Of a stretch of DNA of 60,000 bases, positions 55,201 through 60,000 are shown piece after piece. This DNA is from Vicugna vicugna (Eukaryota): assembly GCA_013265495.1 (NCBI GenBank), contig MU058714.1:1366001-1426000 (forward strand), in the 5' to 3' direction. Made by a program: the position numbers and the translations under genes. Under the pieces are notes generated by a model, which worked only from the letters and a program-made list of their open reading frames with translations, searched no databases and was not told where the DNA came from. The first letter of the stretch is position 1. Every line of letters begins with the position of its first letter.

Positions 55201-55635
55201 CTCCAGGATGGAGCCTGTACCATTCTGGGAGTCAGACCCCTGGTCCCTGGTCTTTCTCAGGCACGAAGGAGCAGGAGCTGGCCTGAGTCCTTGCAGTGGC
55301 CAGGTAGAGCTCTCCCAGCTCAGCGTGGCAGCTGGCCCTGCGGCTGGAGGTAGTGACTGCAATGTGCACAGCTGGCCCTGCGCGTTCTCCCAGCCCCACA
55401 GCTCCACTGGGGCTGACTGACACAGACTGGTGTCTCTCCTGCCTGGGCGTGGGTGCAGGATGCCCGGGGCAGCCTGCAGCCTTGTTCGATGTCAGTGGGA
55501 TGAGTCTTCAGATGCCCCATGCCCACCTAAGCCAGCCCAACCTCTGGGCCCTGTGGCTAGACCTGGGGCAGGATGTGGGGCTGCGACTACCCACGAAACT
55601 ACTGTGGGTGCTCCAGGGATGGTGGGAGGGAGAGG

Positions 55636-55720
55636 GGATGGATAGGTGGGTGGAAGGAAGGATGGATGGATGGATGGATAATAAGTGGGGGGAGGGGAGG
55701 GACACAAGGATAAATGGATG
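55636..55720. repeat. Degenerate (TGGA)n simple repeat
   Basis: Seen directly. Confidence 0.8.
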
Positions 55721-58700
55721 AATCCACAGGATGAGGGAGTGTACAGGATGGTGGCGAGCCCTCCCCCAGCCAGCACCTGCCTCTCCCTGCCTCAATGTCT
55801 CCTGCGCTCCTGGCCATGGAGTCTCTGCCCGGCGCAGCCAATGAAGAGAGGTCAGGGTCAGAGGAGGAAGGTCACCCCCACTGGACGGCGGTCTAGCATT
55901 ATGCTGTCTGGGTCCACTTGGAGAATGGGGAAGGGCTGGCCTTCCTGGTTCCTTCAGGGATCCATTCCGTGCTAGTGTGGCCAGACCAGACCAAACCTTG
56001 TGAACAGACTGGCTTGGCACGGTGCAACCCCACACCTCCATCCCGGCTGCCCTCTTCCTTCCCTTCTGAGGCAGCTGAGGCAGGGGCGCGTCCCAGGCCA
56101 GCTCAAGGCGCTGGGTGCCTGGGTCCAGGGGACAGGCAGGGTGGGCACCTCTGACCCTATCCAGATGGGCTGTCCCTCCGAGGGGACTGGGGTGTCTCTA
56201 GGTGTGTGTGTGCGCCCCGGTGTCCACTGGGGCACCCGTCCCCTTGCAGCTTATTTTAAGATGGCATGAAGGGAAGCCTTGCTTTGGTGAGGACGCTCCT
56301 CCCGCTGGCAGGGTTTGAAGAGGGCGGCGCTGGCCAGGTCTGGTCGCCTCCTTGGGCCTCCCTTCTGTTCACAGCCTTCAGAAGTGCTCTGCAGGGGGAG
56401 GTGCTGGCCGCCAGCCAGGGAGGGTGTGAGAGGGAGGGGAGGAGGAGACCCCAGAGGGTGTGAGGGACTGGAGTGTGGTGGGGTAGGGGGAGCAGCGAGT
56501 CCCAGGGCGGCCCCAGCGGGGAGTGCTGGCCGCTCCCCACTCCCCCCAGCCAAAGGGCTAAATTTACCCTTTTAATAAGAACCAGACTTGTATCCGGTTT
56601 TCCTCTTCTTTTATTAGTTCTGGGCTGTTGGTGGTTGGGCCTGTCCCCTGTCATCATTGCCTCTGCGTTTGTGGGCCTGGTGGCTCAGCGACCACAGAAT
56701 TTTCCTATTATGGCCTGAGAGACGCTGCCTTTGGGCCAACCGGGTCTTCTGGAAGGTTCTCCCGGGCCAGCAGAGAGGGGCTTCCCATGTGCCGGGCTGA
56801 TGGTTCCAGGCAGGTGCGCCTCACTGGGGCTGCCCCCCACCCCATGGCTGGCCTGGTGGGGGCTCGCCCACGGCCTGGCGCTCTGGCCCCTCTGCCCCCC
56901 TCCGCAGCCCTCGCGTCCTGCCTCCAGCCTCTTCCTTTTCTTCTGTTTTCCCTGCCTCCCTGTGCCCAGCCACCGTCTCAGAACCATGGATGGCAGCTGG
57001 GGTCATCGGGTAGCGCCCTGGGGACCTCGGGGCTGTGGTAGCAGAGGGGTGGCCTGAAGCAGGGCAGGCTCCGAGTCTGGTGAGGCCGTCCAGACAGGCC
57101 AACGTCTGGAGGCCACCAGTTCGTGGCCAGAGGGAACTGCCCCAGATCCAGACCGTTTGTGGGTCCTGGAGAGCCTGCCCGGTCGGGCTAGCCCTGCGGG
57201 GAGGGACTCCCAGATCGGAGGGGGATCGGGCTGCCTGTGCGGGGGTGGCCCCAGCCATGTGGGCTGCCGGCTGCTCCCAGAATCCGCACGACTGCTGGAC
57301 CCGCTTTCAGGTCCAGGTGGCTGGAGTTTGAGCATCTGGGCTGGGGCGGGCAGGAGCTCAGGGGTCAGAGGTCTTGGAGCAGCAGTTCGGTACAGACTTG
57401 AAAAGGAGGGAGTGGCCTGGTGGTCTGCTACCCCTCCCTTGTCACCACGGGCATCAGACAGAGCCAAAGGCTGGGAGCCTTTTCTAGGGTCCGGGCCAGT
57501 CAGGGGGAGCATGACCCCAAAGCAGCGTCTTCGAGGGCCATGTGACCCCCTCGCAGGAGAATAAGTTTCCACCTTGTGCACATTCAGAGCCCACAGCCCA
57601 GACCTGGGTGCACAACTGTAGCTTGGGTGTACACTCAGCACCATGGTCCCCACCCAGACACACCCCCGAGCGCCCACACACAGCCCTCGGCCACCTCTGT
57701 GTCCACACGGACACGCACACATTATCTCATGCCTGGGCCACTGGTGGGTTCCAGCCCAGCGGCGCATGTCCCTGGGTGTCACCTGGGATTTGCCCGCAAA
57801 CCCATGTCCTCCCACGGTGGGTCTGGTGGGCGGCAGTGGGGCGTGGCCTCTATGGCCCGGCTGCAGTTGGTCTGGGTTTCCTGTGGGCAGTCCCAGAGTG
57901 GGGCCCCTCCCACCAGGGCCTGGTATCCCCATCCCAGTCCCCCTCCCCAACATCCTTCTCCAGGGTGGTCAGATGGGTGGACGCCCACCGGCCTGCCAGC
58001 AGGCTGGACCGAGGCCTCTCCACCTTGGTCCACGCAGGACATCCGGGGTGGACATCCTCCCTCCCCCTCCCTCTCCCGGAATGAGAGGAATGTGGGCCAG
58101 TCCATGTGGTGGGCCGTCATCCTTCCTGTCTCCTCCTCCCCTCCACTCTCCCCCTCTGGGGTCTGGTTCAGCATGGGAGGGGTCTTTGGCCCCCTCCCCA
58201 GGCAGGCCACCCATCACTGCAGTGTCTCAGCTGCCCCAGGTGTCCTGGGGGAGACCCAGGGAGGGTCCCAGGGGAGCCGGGTGTCCCCAGCACCCAGGCA
58301 GGCTCTGCAGGAGGCTGGAGGAGGTGGGGAGCCTGAGCAGGTGTGAGAGGGAGGGTGGGAGCTGGCGCGGGCACCAGCCGCAGCGCCGGAGAGCCGGGTG
58401 CCAGCAGCCCGTCAGCTGGGCTTCCGGAAGCAGCAGGAGCGCCCGGAGCCTGGGAAGGGGCTGGCTTCTCAGGAGCGGCCTCCAGCCTCGCAATGAGGCC
58501 TTTTTTTTTTTTTTTACAACCCATGTGTCTGTTTCCAGAAAGGGAGGAGGCTGTCTTGGTGGCTCACTTAAGTCAAAACAAATGCTCTTTCTGCTGTGGC
58601 TCTGTGCTCTGGCTCACTCTCCCCCCGGTTCCCCAAGGCCCTTCTCTCCTCCCGGCCCTCCCAGCCTGACTCCGTCCAGGCCCAGCCTCGGGCGTGCTGC

Positions 58701-60000
58701 CCCTCACCCTTGGGGTGCGAGGCAAGGGGCTGCCAGCCTTGCTGCCAGTCACACCCTCCCTGGACGGGAGGCTCCCCAGGGCAGCACCTGGGCTCCAAGA
58801 CGGGAGCCCCCCAGCGCCCCTTGGGGCTGCCCAACATCTGTTATCCATCTCAGCTATAGCAGGTGGGCCTGGCAAACAGGTGGGCAGAGAACGGCCCCTC
58901 CCCTCATTTTGCCTGGCCACGTAAGGTCGCCTCTGCTGTGGCCACAGCGGCCCTGGGAGCAAGGGCTGGGCTCTTGAGGCGTCGAGGCGTCCCAACCCGG
59001 CTCTGTCCTCTCGGGGTGTCAAGGCGTTCCGACCCGGCTTTGCCCAGCTGGGGCAGCTGGGAGGGAGGGAGCTGCCCAGCCAGGGTCCAGGTATGGCCCG
59101 TCTCCCGCCCCATGCTGTCTGGGCCTTGGGGCGTGGGAACGGGTGGGCCGTGGGGCTGTGCCTGAGGAGCTGGGCTGCAGCGGGATTGGGGGGTGTCAGC
59201 CAGCCCTCCCGGGCATTCTGGCTTCCGGAGCGATTTTCTCAGCCAGCTGGGCACCCGGGCCAGGCCTCCGTGGTGTCCTGGGCAGAGCTGAGGCGGCCCT
59301 GGAGCTGGGGCTGGAGCCCTGTGTCTGGGGCCGCAAACCCTGGCCTGGGCCGGCCGGGCAGTGGGGATGACTGGCTGGGGGCTGGTGTCCCACACCGAGT
59401 GGCCTCCCTCGGTGGCCCTGCTGTCACCTTACCCAGCATTCACGTCCCTGTCCCAAGGTGGCACTAAACTTGTGCCAGGTGGCTGGGATGAGCGTCCGTA
59501 GATAATGCAGGGCACTGGCCACCACGGGCATGCTCACTGGAGAGCCCAGGGCAGCCTTGGATGGACAGGCCTCATCCGAACCCCAGCCTGGGCACCCGGG
59601 GCTGCGGGGCTGGCACTAATGGTGCCCATTTCTTCGTCAGCCCCGTGGTGGGCCCACCACCTGGGATGTGGTGACCTGGATTAGTACAAGGTCGGCAAAG
59701 CGCCTCCCGTGAGAAGGGCTAGCGCAGACGGTGCCAGGATCGGGGCTCCCAGCCCAGGGGCTCCAGGCAGAGAGCCCCTCTGGTCCTCCCTTCTGCTTGG
59801 GGCTCCCACTGTCCCCTCCCGGCCCGCTGACCGCAGCACTCCGTGGGCAAGGACCTTGCCAAGAGGAAAGAAGCCTCCAGCCCAGTTCCCGGCCAGACTT
59901 GGCTGCGCGGCTCCAGCCCTGGCCGGGGCCCAGGCCGCCTCTGCTCAGGCTCTGTCTGGGGCTGGCTACCGGGCGGCAGGCGGGGGCTGGAGAGGTGGCA

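Noticed and set aside
57634..57654. REST/RE1 site
   Set aside because: Left half TCAGCACCnnGG is good but the GACAG core has three mismatches
57643..58977. 444-aa ORF and other long ORFs in intron 2
   Set aside because: Pro/Gly/Ser-rich low-information translation with no recognisable domain, a non-coding T-run inside, and no match to recalled BAHCC1 downstream exons; expected in GC-rich DNA

Overview
Mammalian, GC-rich genomic DNA. The vic-1-like tRNA-Ala SINEs and artiodactyl-type L1 3' ends suggest a camelid. The window holds the 5' end of BAHCC1 on the + strand: a CCAAT-rich CpG-island promoter (~35.7 kb), a predicted exon 1 ending at 36016, and exon 2 (39805-40122) with the start [13 protein letters not shown]...ASHT. 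A long intron follows and runs off the window. Upstream lie two more CpG islands: 3.7-9.5 kb (probably the syntenic RENO1 lncRNA locus, with a 90-N gap) and 26.8-27.9 kb. A repeat-dense block (11-24.7 kb) carries MLT1, L1, L2, MIR and SINE copies, and many AT-rich enhancer-like islands are scattered through the unique DNA. The most interesting signal is the spliced BAHCC1 leader, where two of three frames are stop-free across the exon 1/2 junction. One gives a Kozak-context CUG 96 codons upstream of, and in frame with, the main AUG; the other gives an overlapping 73-aa AUG uORF. A tandem +4 splice donor would swap these frames, and a GC hairpin precedes the main AUG. Family names and orthology come from memory and were not checked by database search.
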